Positions 1-11,591 of a stretch of 64,000 nucleotides of DNA are shown here, in pieces (the stretch's first letter is position 1; each line of letters starts with the position of its first letter). The position numbers were made by a program, and so were the translations under genes. The notes beneath the pieces were generated by a model. That model saw nothing but the letters and a program-made list of their open reading frames with translations. It ran no database searches and was not told the origin of the DNA. Source of the DNA: Octopus sinensis (lineage: Eukaryota); contig NC_043001.1 of NCBI RefSeq assembly GCF_006345805.1, positions 18,352,001 to 18,416,000 on the forward strand, written 5' to 3'.

Positions 1-200
1 CGAACTGTCGTTTGCTTCCACGGAAATACCCAAAGTGAAATGGTTTGATTTTGTCGAGTTATATCGAAAGAATGCCCATGTGTGTATGTAAAATCCGCAA
101 ATTTCCTAGCAGAAAACAGAATCGAACTGTCATTTGCTTCCACGGAAATACTCAAAGTGAAATGTTTTGATTTTGTCGAGTTATATCGAAGGAATGCCCG
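1..200. repeat. Short diverged tandem duplication, ~123-bp period
   Basis: CGAACTGTCRTTTGCTTCCACGGAAATACYCAAAGTGAAATGKTTTGATTTTGTCGAGTTATATCGAA occurs at 1 and again at 124. Confidence 0.8.
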
Positions 201-365
201 ATTCTTTCCTCTGAAATACCATATCTGTAGTGCCGGAGCTGTGACCTCTTAATACGAAGTTACGGTTCGACCTGGAGAGATTCCTTGATCTCCGAGCATA
301 ACACCCTGTCGAGTAACGTAACTCCAGAGATTCTCCAGAAGAACCCCATTTCGGACGCTTAAAAT
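195..365 (-). mobile_element. RTE-clade LINE remnant (C-terminal part of RT ORF)
   Basis: A minus-strand frame not in the ORF track reads ASEMGFFWRISGVTLLDRVLCSEIKESLQVEP*LRIKRSQLRH, resembling the RTE C-terminal motif EMRFLRRI.GVT..DR.R...IR..L.VE......R.QLRW. Confidence 0.7.
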
Positions 366-619
366 AAAAAGCGCTGAACAACAATGACCCTGGTCCAAAT
401 CGGAAGGAACCACAGAGAAACTAGATACTAGAATCCTAGAATATCTACAAACATTCTAAAGTGTGGTATTTTATTCTTTGTAAAATATATTATGAAAGGT
501 CAATTAAGTCATTTTAATTAGTCTTAGTAATCACGAGTTGCCTCATTTGCTCATAAAGTATGATTTAGACTACACCTATGTAATCCCCGAATATGTGTAA
601 AATATAAATAAATGCACCC

Positions 620-860
620 TTTTAAAGCCTAGCCAGGCTCATGGGCCCCGTTTCCCGGTTTCTATGGCGTATGTGTTACCCAGCTGGACGGGACGCTAGT
701 CCATCGCAACGTTACTCATTTTTGCCAGCTGAGTGGACTGGAGCAACATGAAATGAAGTGTTTTACTCAAGAACACAGCGCGTCGCCCGGTCCAGGAATC
801 GAAACCACAATCTTATGATCATGATGCTGACACCCTAACCACTAAGCCACGCGCCTCCAC
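620..860 (-). mobile_element. tRNA-derived SINE (family 2)
   Basis: Minus-strand head GTGGAGGCGCGTGGCTTAGTGG...GGTTTCGATTCC has A/B-box-like motifs; related copies at ~53087-53370, ~59155-59400 and ~61440-61775. Confidence 0.7.
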
Positions 861-1221
861 ATGTGTAAAATATACTCAGTTTAATTAATCTTAGTCGTCA
901 CTTAGGTAAAAAAGAAGAAAAAGAAAAGCTATTTATCAGTTGGACGAATATAGCTTGTTGCTTCTGTTACTAAAGCCAAAATAATGCCGTTTCTTTGAGG
1001 TCCTTTCCGTTTTGTACGGGAGATCGTGGTTTACGTAACATATTCGACAGCTTGAATAATAAAATAATGTAAAATATAATTTGTTATAGATTCGACAGAT
1101 TAAATGAATCAGTAAAAGTATATTAATTAAAAATTCATCTTTGAGGATGTACGACATAAACACGACTTCATTCGTTCCATGCTTTTTTTTGTTGCTCTTC
1201 TTTAAACATTTTCAATAGTGT

Positions 1222-1543
1222 ATACTCTTTTACTTGTTTCAGTCATTTGACTGCGGCCATGCTGGAGCACCGCCTTTAGTCGAGCCGGGACTTATTCTTT
1301 GTAAGCCCAGTACTTATTCTATCGGTCTCTTTTGTCGAACCGCTAAGTGACGGCGACGTAAACACACCAGCATCGGTTGTTAAGCAATGCTAGGGGGACA
1401 AACACAGACATACACACACATATATATATACATATATACGACAGGCTTCTTTCAGTTTCCGTCTACCAAATCCACTCATAAGGCATTGGTCGGCCCGGGG
1501 CTATAGCAGAAGACACTTGCCCAAGATGCCACGCAGTGGGACT
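1222..1543 (-). mobile_element. tRNA-derived SINE (family 1), head-truncated
   Basis: Same body and 3' tail (GGCGGTGCTCCAGCATGGCCGCAGTCAAATGACTGAAACAAGTAAAAGAG) as the full copies at 3655-4033 and 4197-4588. Confidence 0.8.
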
Positions 1544-1777
1544 GGAAGGTTGATGGCACTGGTCTGTCGGATGAATTTCAAAGGATCTCCCTTATCACAC
1601 ATAGGAATACCTGTGTCTGTGAAATGGTCATCTACCTCGTATGAAGAATAGGTAGTTCCGTCGATCGAACAAATGGTAGACTTAACGTCGAAATCTACAC
1701 TAAATCACCACCACCACCACCACCACCATCATCATCGCCATCTAGTAGTCACTGAAATTCCAACATTAATAATAATC

Positions 1778-2175
1778 TTTTCTACTCTAGGCACAAGGCT
1801 CGAAATTTTCGTGGAAGGGACCAGTCGATTAGATCGACCCCAGTACGCAACTGCTACTTAATTTATCGACCACGAAAGGATGAAAGGCAAAGTCGACCTC
1901 GGTGGAATTTGAACTCAGAACGTAAAGACAGACGAAATATCTATTTCTTTACTACCCACAAGGGGCTAAACACAGAGTGGACAATCAAGGACAGACAAAC
2001 GGATTAAGTCTTATATATCGACCCCAGTGCGTAACTGGTACTTATTTAATCGACCCCGAAAGGATGAAAGGCAAAGTCGACCTCGGTGGAATTTGAACTC
2101 AGAACATAAAGACAGACGAAATATCACTAAGCATTTCGCCTGGCGTGCTAACGTTTCTGCCAGCTCACTGCCCTC
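1778..2175 (-). repeat. SINE-associated ~190-bp unit, two tandem copies
   Basis: Core ATCGACCCCGAAAGGATGAAAGGCAAAGTCGACCTCGGYGGAATTTGAACTCAGAA occurs twice; same unit at 50920-52540 (+) and ~59420-59660. Confidence 0.75.
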
Positions 2176-2370
2176 CAACATTAATAAAATTTAAAACAAA
2201 CAAACAAAAAAAGCATTTCATAAAGTTCTCAGAATACGCTGTTGTTTAGTCCCAGCTTAGACCTGATCACGTATATCTTTGATCAAAGACGCTCTAGCCG
2301 TGACATTTCTGTCTCCACAGATGTCATTTTCCTCAAATTCTTTTATTCTGTTACCTAATTTTATTTTTAT

Positions 2371-2540
2371 AGGGTTAGAATTAGAGTTTAGAGTTAGAAT
2401 TAGGTTTTAGAATTAGAGTTGGGGCTTAAGGTCAGAATTAGGGTTTAGGGTTGGCGCTTTGTTGGGGGTCTAGGTTAGAATTACGGTTTAGGGCTAGAGT
2501 TAGAGTTAGGATTTAGGGTTAAACCAACCAGTGGATAACC
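2371..2540 (+). repeat. Degenerate telomere-like (TTAGGG/TTAGAG/TTAGAA) tract
   Basis: Run of TTAGGG-like hexamers ending TTAGGGTTAAACCAACCAGTGGATAA; that end motif recurs at ~3631-3656. Confidence 0.7.
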
Positions 2541-2574
2541 TGGGGTTAATAAATTAGTGGCATAACTACAGATT

Positions 2575-3600
2575 TATGCCCCACCGTCTTTGGATGATCA
2601 TAACTTTCAGAAAAATGGATATTTTTTATTGAAATTTTCTACGAATAAGTGTTATATCATGTAGATTCCGAATAAACAATTTTTTTGGGGGAAAGTGTTG
2701 GGTAGGGAATTTCGGAAAATTTACCGGAGTCCACTTCAATTCGTCTTTCAAGAAAATGGATATTTTTAAATGAAATTCTTTACAAATGTACCTCGGACTA
2801 TGTATATTCCGAGGACATACGAATTTTGGGGAAAAATAATCGGGGATTGTTTTTGAGAATTGTTTCCCACCCGGGGGTGTTTCGGAACAAGTCGTCCATA
2901 TTTGTTTAATTTTTTTTTGTACTTTTGTGCATCCGTACTGAAGCAACAAACAGGCAATGAAGGCAAATGAAGCCCTCACCAGAAAACTCGTTATGCTAAA
3001 AATAACAGCTAAAGGTTTGGTACACAGGAATATGTTATTAAGACGATTTATCTGTTGCATACGGTTTTTTTCCCACTTTAAGTAAAATCCCAGGTAAACG
3101 TTTCTAATAGAAAGGCAGAAGACACCCGAAGCAAAAATAAGGAATATACACGCACAGTTAAATATAAAAGTGTAAAGTATAATTTGTTACATAATCTGTG
3201 TGTGTGTGTGTGGTAGAAATCTACGGATGTACAAACGCACAAAACGGAGAAAATGAAACAAATATGGACTTGTTCAGAAACACCAGCGAGTGGGGAACAG
3301 TTCTCAAAAATAACCACCAATTAGTTTTTCCCCCCAAATTCCTTGGTCCTCGTAATCTATATAATCTGAGGTATATTTGTTGAGAATTTCATTTAAAAAT
3401 ATCCATTTTCTTGAAAGTTAAGACGAATTGAAGTGTACTCCGGTGAATTTTCAGAAATTCCGAACCCCACCCCACCCCCTCCTAAAATACTCCCCCACCC
3501 AATTTTGTATATTCGGAATCTACGTATATTCATAAAAAAATTCATTAAAAAAATCCATTTTTCTGAAAGTTATGATCATCCAAAGTCGTGGGGGTGGGAA
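2575..3600. mobile_element. Foldback/MITE-like element with ~300-bp imperfect terminal inverted repeats
   Basis: ~2575-2875 (CTTTGGATGATCATAACTTTCAGAAAAATGGAT...) is the reverse complement of ~3285-3600 (...ATCCATTTTTCTGAAAGTTATGATCATCCAAAG); no TSD identified. Confidence 0.7.
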
Positions 3601-3654
3601 CACGTATCTGTATTATCCCGGTTAGCGATTAGGGTTAAACCAACCAGTGGATAA

Positions 3655-4033
3655 TCTCTTTTACTCTTTTACTTGTTTCAGTCATTTGACTGCGGCCATG
3701 CTGGAGCACCGCATTTAGTCGAGCAAATCGACCCCAGGACTCATTCTTTCTAAGTCTAGTACTTATTCTATCGACCTCTTTTGCCGAACCGCTAAGTTAT
3801 GGGGACGTAAACACACCAGCATCGGTTGACAAACACAGACACACAAACATATATACACACATACATACATACGACTGGCTTCTTTTAGTTTCCGTTTACT
3901 AGATCCACTCACAAGGCTTTGGTCGGCCCGAGGCTATAGTAGAAGACACTTGCCCAAGGTGCTACGCAGTGGGACTGAACCCGGAACCATGTGGTTGGTA
4001 AGCAAGCTACTAACTACACAGCCACTCCTACGC
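3655..4033 (-). mobile_element. tRNA-derived SINE (family 1), full length
   Basis: Head GGCGTAGGAGTGGCTGTGT(A/G)GT..GTAGCTTGC...GGTTCAGTCCC, CA/TA microsatellite middle, stem-loop tail. Confidence 0.85.
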
Positions 4034-4196
4034 CAATATCAATTACGGCTTAATTAATTAGTAACATATTTTTAGTGAACATTTCTCTAAAAACATTTAT
4101 TGAACAAGTGAATAACAAAATCAGATTCAGCGTGAAAATTAAATCAATATACTTAATTTGAAACTTTTCACTTAATTTTATAACTTCAAGACCCAT

Positions 4197-4588
4197 AGGC
4201 GCAGAAGTGGCTGTGTGGTAAGTAGCTTGCTAACCAACCACATGGTTCCGGGTTCAGTCCCACTGCGTGGCATCTTGGGCAAGTGTCTTCTGCTATAGCC
4301 CCGGCCGACCAATGCCTTGTGAGTGGATTTGGTAGACGGAAACTGAAAGAAGCCTGTCGTATATATGTATATATATAAGTGTGTGTGTCTGTGTTTGTAC
4401 CCCTAGCATTGCTTGACAACCGATGCTGGTGTGTTTACGTCCCCGTCACTTTGCGGTTCGACAAAAGAGGTCGATAGAATAAGTACTAGGCTTACAAAGA
4501 ATAAGTCCTGGGGTCGATTTGCTCGACTAAAGGCGGTGCTCTAGCATGGTCGCAGTCAAATGACTGAAACAAGTAAAAGAGTAAAGAG
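4197..4588 (+). mobile_element. tRNA-derived SINE (family 1), full length
   Basis: Inverted paralogue of 3655-4033; tail CAGTCAAATGACTGAAACAAGTAAAAGAGTAAAGAG. Confidence 0.85.
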
Positions 4589-5205
4589 TATACGTTTTTC
4601 TGTCTGATAAAATAATGCATAACAAACGTTCGAAAAGGAATGTAGACAATTTAAAAAGGAAAATACCCTTACTGAAATATTTTTGCGAAAAATTACAAAA
4701 CAAACTGTGCGTTATATTGTAGTCGTAGTTCAGTTCAGGTAAACAATTAATACGTCTTTTGTAGCGAAGATTCAAAAACGAAAGTTCCGAATAGAGGTAC
4801 TCGTCAACGAAAATCGGCGAAAGAAAAAATAGAGCAGTAGTTTTAAGCAGACAACGCCTTGGCTTGTTACTATAGTAACAGTCACTAATGCACTAACGTG
4901 TCTCGGGTTTTCGATTGGCTAAAATTAACCAAAATTTGCAAACTTCAAATGATATTATCCTTCTGTTTATTAATTTATGACAAGTTTCCTGAATTTCATT
5001 TCCATAATTAGCAAACATCAATACGCCAAATTTCAAAACAATTGGAACAAAATTAAAAGTATTGAAGAGTGTGACAGCACCCCCCCCCGTTTTCTGTCAC
5101 TATTAAAACTGATAGCAGGTTTAACGATAAGAATGCTCTAAAAATATAATGCATATCTTTTGCATTTATAATTTCATATTTATAAGTAAAAGGTTTTATC
5201 AGCTG

Positions 5206-5434
5206 TCCTCGGTAGTATAGTGGTAAGTATCCCCGCCTGTCACGCGGGAGACCGGAGTTCGATTCCCCGCCGGGGAGGCATGTTACTTTTATTGCAAGCA
5301 TTATAAACTAAACCTTTTAATATATTTATTTGATATTTATAAGTAAAATATTTCATCATCTGTCCTCGGAAGTATAGTGGTAAGTATCCCCGCCTGTCAC
5401 GCGGGAGACCGGGGTTCGATTCCCCGCCGGGGAG
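5206..5434 (+). tRNA. tRNA-Asp: tRNA-Asp(GTC) x2 (5206-5277, 5363-5434), each with one substitution
   Basis: Cloverleaf: acceptor TCCTCGG/CCGGGGA, anticodon stem CCCGC-ctGTCac-GCGGG, A box TAGTATAGTGG, B box GTTCGATTCC. Confidence 0.9.
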
Positions 5435-5494
5435 GCATGTTACTTTTATTGCAAGCATTTTAAACTAATTTTTTTTTACTATATTTACTTAGTA

Positions 5495-5882
5495 CTAGCA
5501 GCATAGCCCGGCCTTGCTCGGGTTTGTTTCGAACCTTTAGAATTGGAATTTTTGAAAAGTAAAAATTTTGCATTATGTAGCGTGTTATTCTCTTTAAGTG
5601 AACATTTTTCTGGTTGAAATACACCGAAAAATGGCGACACAGCAATAATAAAATCGTAAAAAATAGGGATTTTCATAGGATAAAAGCACCTTTTTGATGT
5701 AAATAATTTTTGGTGTTAACATGGTCCGATTTGAATTTTGTCTCCTACGAAATGAAGAGCAAGCCTTCTTCCATCATACTCTCAATTTTTGTCAACTTTC
5801 GCCGCAGGGTCTCGGAGGAGATAGTGTTAGTTGAAGGCTACCAAACCTGCCACACACAGACAACTTCAGCTTTATGTATAGA
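5495..5882 (-). mobile_element. Non-autonomous Helitron family B (diverged copy)
   Basis: On - strand: 5' TC(TATAC), 3' hairpin CCCGAGCAAGGCCGGG followed by CTAG; homologous to 39369-39749. Confidence 0.75.
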
Positions 5883-5911
5883 AATTTATAAGTAAAGACT
5901 TTGATCAATTG

Positions 5912-6445
5912 TCCTCGGTAGTATAGTGGTAAGTCACGCGGGAGACCGGGGTTCGATTCCCCGCCGGGGAGGCATCTTAATTTTAATGCAAACATTTTAA
6001 ACTAAAACTTTTTAATATATTTATTTGATATTTATAAGTAAAAGGTTTCATCAGTTGTCCTCGGTAGTATAGTGGTAAGTATCCCTGCCTGTCACGCGGG
6101 AGACCGGGGTTCGATTCCCCGCCGGGGAGGCATCTTAATTTTATTGCAAATATTTTAAGTTAAAACTTTTTAATATATTTATTTGATATTTATAAGTAAA
6201 CGGTTTCATCAGTTGTCCTCGGTAGTATAGTGGTAAGTATCCCCGCCTGTCACGCGTGAGACCGGGGTTCGATTCCCCGCCGGGGAGGCATGTTAGTTTT
6301 ATTGCAAATATTTTATACTAAAACTTTTTAGTATATATATTTGATATTTATAAGTAAAAGGTTTTGTCAGCTGTCCTCGGTATTATAGTGGTAAGTATCC
6401 CCGCCTGTCACGCGGGAGACGGGGGCTCGATTCCCCGCCGGGGTG
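5912..6445 (+). tRNA. tRNA-Asp: tRNA-Asp(GTC) x4 (5912 with 12-bp deletion, 6058, 6216, 6374), all variant
   Basis: Consensus match with 1-4 changes each. Confidence 0.85.
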
Positions 6446-6479
6446 GCATGTTAGTCTTATTGCAAATATTTTATACTAA

Positions 6480-9400
6480 GGGTTTTATACTCAGGGTTGA
6501 AGACACAAGGAAAACGGCCATCATTGACCGTGAACTAAAGAGGCTCAACATAGACATTGCTGGGCTACAGGAGACAAGACTTCCCTCTAACGGCAAACTC
6601 AAAGAGCAGGATTTCACCTTCTTTTGGCAGGGAAGAGATCCAGAAGAACCTCGTCAACATGGCGTTGGCTTTGCAGTGAGAAACTCACTACTCTCCTCAG
6701 TAGAACCACCATCAGGAGGCACTGAGCGTATCCTCTCACTGCGCCTCTCGACTTCTTCTGGCTCAGTACATCTACTCAGCATCTATGCTCCCACTCTCTA
6801 CAGCTCAGAGGAGACCAAGGACCAGTTCTACAAAGATCTCAACTGTGTCATAGAAAATATACCAACGACTGAAAATATCTACCTTCTAGGGGATTTTAAC
6901 GCTCGCGTGGGATCTGACCATGATTCGTGGCCCATTTGTGTTGGACACTTTGGTATTGGCAACATGAATGACAATGGTCAGAGACTACTCGAATTCTGCA
7001 CATACCACAACCTGTGCATCACAAACACATTCTTTACCAACAAGCCATCCCACAAGGCATCTTGGAGACATCCAAGATCTCACCACTGGCATCAGCTGGA
7101 TCTTATCATTACACGGAGATCCTTCCTGAATTCTACTCTATTGACCCGCAGTTACCACAGCGCGGATTGTGACACAGACCACTCACTAATTAGAAGAAGG
7201 GTGAGGATTCTACCTAAAAAAGTCCATCGCTCCAAGAAAGTGGGCCGACGACGCATTAACACTGCCAGAACCTCGGACCCTACACTGCGAAAATGTTTTG
7301 CTGCTTCTATCAAGGTTGCCCTCAGTGGCTGCCCAACCTCCTCTGCTGAAAGTAGGTGGAACTATATCAGGGAAGCTTTGTATACGACATCAATAGATAC
7401 TTTCGGCATGAGAGAAAGGCAAAACCCAGATTGGTTCAATGCTGGGCTCTCAGAGCTGGAAACAGTTATCGAAGCAAAGCGTGCAGCTCTGATGCAATAC
7501 AAGAGTGATTCTTCTACAAAGTCACTCGAAGAATTCAGAAAGGCAAGAAATAAAACCCAACTGACAGCCTGACGCTGTGCAAATAGGTACTGGCAGGAAA
7601 TCTGTCAGAGTATCCAGTCAGCTGCTGACAGTGGCGACACCCGTGGGATGTATGCCGGTTTGAAGAAGGCCCTCGGTCTATCCGCAACCAAGTCAGCCCC
7701 TCTGAAATCAACTACTGGAGATCTCATCAGGGATCAAAGCAAGCAAATGGATAGATGGGTGGAGCACTACCAGGATCTCTACTTACGGGAGACTACAATG
7801 GCTGAGACTGCAGTCGAGAGTGTCAAGATCTTGCCAGTCATGTGCGAACTTGACAGTCCGCCATCTATAACAGAGCTCATCAAGGCTGTTGACTCCCTAG
7901 CAAGAAACAAGGCTCCGGGAAAAGACGGCACCCCTCAGAGATCATCAAAGCCGGCAAAAACACCATCCTGCTTCGGCACTTTCATGAGCTTCTGTGTCAG
8001 TGCTGGGAAGAGGGTACAGTCCCTCAGGATATGCGGGATGCTAACATAATTGCACTTTACAAAAACAAAGGTGACCGTGGTGATTGTAACAATTACCGTG
8101 GAATATCTCTTCTAAGCACTGTTGGAAAGACCTTTGCCCGCGTTATCCTGGCCAGGCTACAACTACTTGCTTCTCGAATCTATCCGGAATCGCAGTGTGG
8201 CTTTAGAAGAAGCAGATCAACTATTGATATGATATTCTCCATACGCCAACTTCAGGAGAAGTCCAGAGAGCAGAGAATGCCATTATATATGGCCTTCATT
8301 GATCAAACAAAGGCCTTTGACTCGGTAAGCAGAACAGGCCTCTTCACCCTGCTCCAAAAAATCGGATGTCCACCAAAGCTGCTGAGGATCCTCAAGTATT
8401 TCCATGATGACATGCAAGGCACCATACAGCACAACGGTTCAACATCAGCCGCCTTCTAAATAAAAAACGGGGTAAAGCAAGGTTGTGTCCTCGCTCCTAC
8501 ATTGTTTGGCATCTTCTTCTTGCTCTTACTCTCACATGCCTTTCAGACATCAGATGATGGAGAGTTTCTGCACAGTAGAAGTGACGGGAAATTGTTCAAT
8601 CTCTCGCGCCTGCGTGCCAAAACCCAAATCAGAAACGCCCTGATCAAGGAGATGCTATTTGCTGATGATGCCGCTCTGGTATCACACACAGAAGAAGCCC
8701 TCCAAAGGCTCATTAACTGTTTTGAGCAAGCATGTAACGACTTTGGCTTAGCTATCAGCCTTAAGAAGACCAACATCATGGGTCAGGCTACATCGGACAT
8801 CCCAAACATACATATTGGAGACCACAGATTACAAGAGGTGGAAAAGTTTGCCTATCTGGGCTCTACCGTCACCTACAACCTATCCCTCGACGTTGAGCTC
8901 AATATACGCATTGGCAAGGTAGCTGCTGCGATGGCCCAACTCTCCAAACGGGCTTGGGACAACAATAAGCTGACCAAGACCACGAAAATGAAGATCTACC
9001 AGGCATGTGTACTTAGCACTCTACTGTATGGAAGTGAGACTTGGACGCTATACACATGCCAAGGGCGTCGCCTAAACATCTTTCACCTGCGCTGCCTCCG
9101 GAAAATCCTCCGCATCAAATGGCAGAACCATATCCCCAACAAAGATGTCCTCAGGCAAGCAGGAATACCAAGCATGTTTGCACTCCTCACACAAAGACGT
9201 ATGAGATGGCTTGGGCATGTTAGCCGTATGAAAGACGGCAGAATCCCCAAGGACATACTCTACGGAGAGCTTGCTAGGGGTACTAGGTCTGTGGGTAGAC
9301 CGCTCTTACGTTACAAGGATGTTTGCAAAAGAGACATGAAGGCCTGCAACATCAATATCAGCGGTTGGGAGGCAGTTGCCGGCAACCGTGGAGACTGGCG

Positions 9401-9672
9401 ACGTACCGTAAGAGAGGGAATACAAAGGAGTGACAGAGAGAGAGAGAGGAGAAATGGAAAGACAAGAAAAGACGTCAACAAGAAACTATGGTATTACAAC
9501 CAGCCAGGAACAGTCTTCGCTACATTTGCGGTATCTGCAAGAAGGAGTGTTTGTCCAGGATAGGACTACACAGCCACTGCAGGAAATGTATCAGGACATG
9601 AAATGTAAAAGCCGGACTAGACTACTTTATGCGCAACTCCATTGTCTCCCGAGACAAAAAGGATGCCAACCA
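6480..9672 (+). mobile_element. RTE-clade non-LTR retrotransposon, 5'-truncated, APE endonuclease + RT, disrupted
   Basis: Motifs DIAGLQETR, SIYAPT, LGDFNARVG, DTDH, NYRGISLL, ESQCGFR, MLFADD and RWLGHV; in-frame stops at 7570-7572 and 8457-8459 and a frameshift near 7935; 3' end GGATGCCAACCA; 12-bp TSD ATTTTATACTAA at 6468-6479 and 9673-9684. Confidence 0.93.
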
Positions 9673-9736
9673 ATTTTATACTAAAACTTTTTAGTATATT
9701 TATTTGATATTTATAAGTAAAAACTTTCATCAGGTG

Positions 9737-9809
9737 TCCTCGGTAGTATAGTGGTAAGTATCCCCCGCCTGTCACGCGGGAGACCGGGGTTCGATTCCCC
9801 GCCGGGGAG
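9737..9809 (+). tRNA. tRNA-Asp: tRNA-Asp(GTC), 1-nt insertion in C-run
   Basis: Consensus match. Confidence 0.8.
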
Positions 9810-9860
9810 GCATGTTACTTTTATTGCAAACATTTTAAACGAAAACTTTTTAATATATTT

Positions 9861-11326
9861 AGTTAGTTAGTTAATTTTTTGGCTCAAAAAGCAAAAAGCA
9901 AGGCTATGTAGGGGGACATGGAGTTATGTACAGGGTGGTGTTCTTGCAAAGAGTTCAGGCCATTTGTGGCCAAGGGAGACTTTGAACCGACCGGTCGTTG
10001 GCATCTTCACTATCTCGTCCGGCAGCTTATTCCACGGATCCGCAACCCGGACGGAGAAAGCCCCTCTCCTTCGATTGAGATGAAATCGTCACAGATAGAG
10101 CTTTTCGGAGTGACCCCGCAGCCGACGCTCTAGAGCAGGAGTGAAGAACAGCTCTTTCGAGAGGTTACACTTTCCGCTTATGACGTTGTGAGCGAGAATG
10201 AGATCACCAAGGCGTCGTCGTTTTTCTAGAGAATAAAGGTCGAGCGTCTTCAGCCTTTCTTCATAAGACAAATGCTTGAGACCAAGAACCATGCGGGTAG
10301 CCAGCCTCTGGACTCTTTCGAGATGCTGTATGTCTTTGAGGAGATAAGGAGGAGAGGCTTGAATCCCGTACTCCAATATGGGTCTCACCAGCGTGACATA
10401 AATATGGCTGCTGTGAGCATTCCGAATGACCATCAAATCAAAAACAGAACTCCGCGTTTTTGTTGGCAGCATGGACACACTGGGCCGAAGGCGAAAAGGA
10501 AGAATCCACCAAGATACCCAGGTCCTTTACCTGATCGGTCCTCTCCAGCAGCAGACGACCCGGCTCGAAATCAAGTTGAGTTGCAGGAGAAGAGCCAACA
10601 GGCAGATGACAGCACTTTGACACGTTCAGACACAGGTCACATTCGTTAGACCATATCCAAACTTGGTGGAGGCATCGACGAAGATCGTCTATATCACCGC
10701 GAGGAGCGACCAGTTTGACATCATCGGAAAATAGAAGGGTGTGTTGCGTGAGGTAGTCGGGGAAGTCATTTATGAAGACTAAGAACAATAAAGGCCCAAG
10801 CACTGACCTTGAGGCACGCCACTACTCGCACAGGAGACGTCGGACTGCGAACTATTAACTTGGACTTGGAAGGAGCGATCTGGAAACTATCTGCTTGAAA
10901 CTTGACAAGTAATAGGCGGTGGTTCACCGTGTCAAAAGCTTTGGCAAAGTCCAATAAAACGATGTCAACAGCATCACCATCATCGAGGATACGCGTCACC
11001 AATTCTTCCATTACCAGTAAGTTGGTCAAGCATGATCTCTTCGGCACGAAGCCGTGTCGGGAATCAGGGATAGAGGCTGTATTTTGGAGGTGGAGCAACA
11101 TACTTTTCTTAAGGATGGTTTCGAACATCTTGCTAATTATTGAAAAAAGGGAAACCGGTCGGTAGTTAAGCGGGTTTCGCGGCTCCCTTTCTTGAAAATT
11201 GGGCAGATTATCGCTGTTCTCCAGTCCGCAGGTAAAACACCCGTCGCCAATGACATATTGAATAGATGGGGTAAAGGCTCGCAGATGACCGGAGCCAACA
11301 CTTTGATAACCTGTGGAAGTATTCGT
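9861..11326 (-). mobile_element. LINE-B copy 1: CR1/L2-group LINE, 5'-truncated at start of RT, degraded
   Basis: Motifs NYRPVSL, HGF..KRSCLTNLL, LDFAKAFD, LFSDD and YSLEKRRR.GDLI; (TAAC)n 3' tail at 9861-9873; frameshifts and an internal deletion. Confidence 0.88.
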
Positions 11327-11338
11327 TTTCATCAGCTG

Positions 11339-11540
11339 TCCTCGGTAGTATAGTGGCAAGAATCCCCGCCTGTCACGCGGGAGGCATCTTAATTTTATTG
11401 CAAACATTTAAAACTAAAACTTTTTAATATATTTATTTGATATTTATAAGTAAAAGGTTTCATCAGCTGTCCTCGGTAGTATAGTGGTAAGTATCCCCGC
11501 CTGTCACGCGGGAGACGGGGTTCGATTCCCCGCCGGGGAG
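11339..11540 (+). tRNA. tRNA-Asp: tRNA-Asp pseudogene (11339-11383, T-arm deleted) + tRNA-Asp (11470-11540)
   Basis: First copy jumps from GCGGGAG to the trailer via GGGAG microhomology; second is near consensus. Confidence 0.8.
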
Positions 11541-11591
11541 GCATGTTACTTTTATTGCAAACATTTTAAACGAAAACTTTTTAATATATTT

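Noticed and set aside
1545-1745. Non-repetitive-looking stretch with an open minus frame (DFDVKSTICSIDG...) and a poly-His ORF at 1673-1861
   Set aside because: No recognisable homology and no good polypyrimidine tract; the poly-His is a (CAC/CAT)n microsatellite
6364-7572. 402-aa ORF apparently fusing a novel N-terminus to an endonuclease
   Set aside because: The first ~39 codons are the tRNA-Asp gene and spacer read by chance in frame with a 5'-truncated RTE; the GTC-context start is not credible and a T4 terminator lies at 6469-6472
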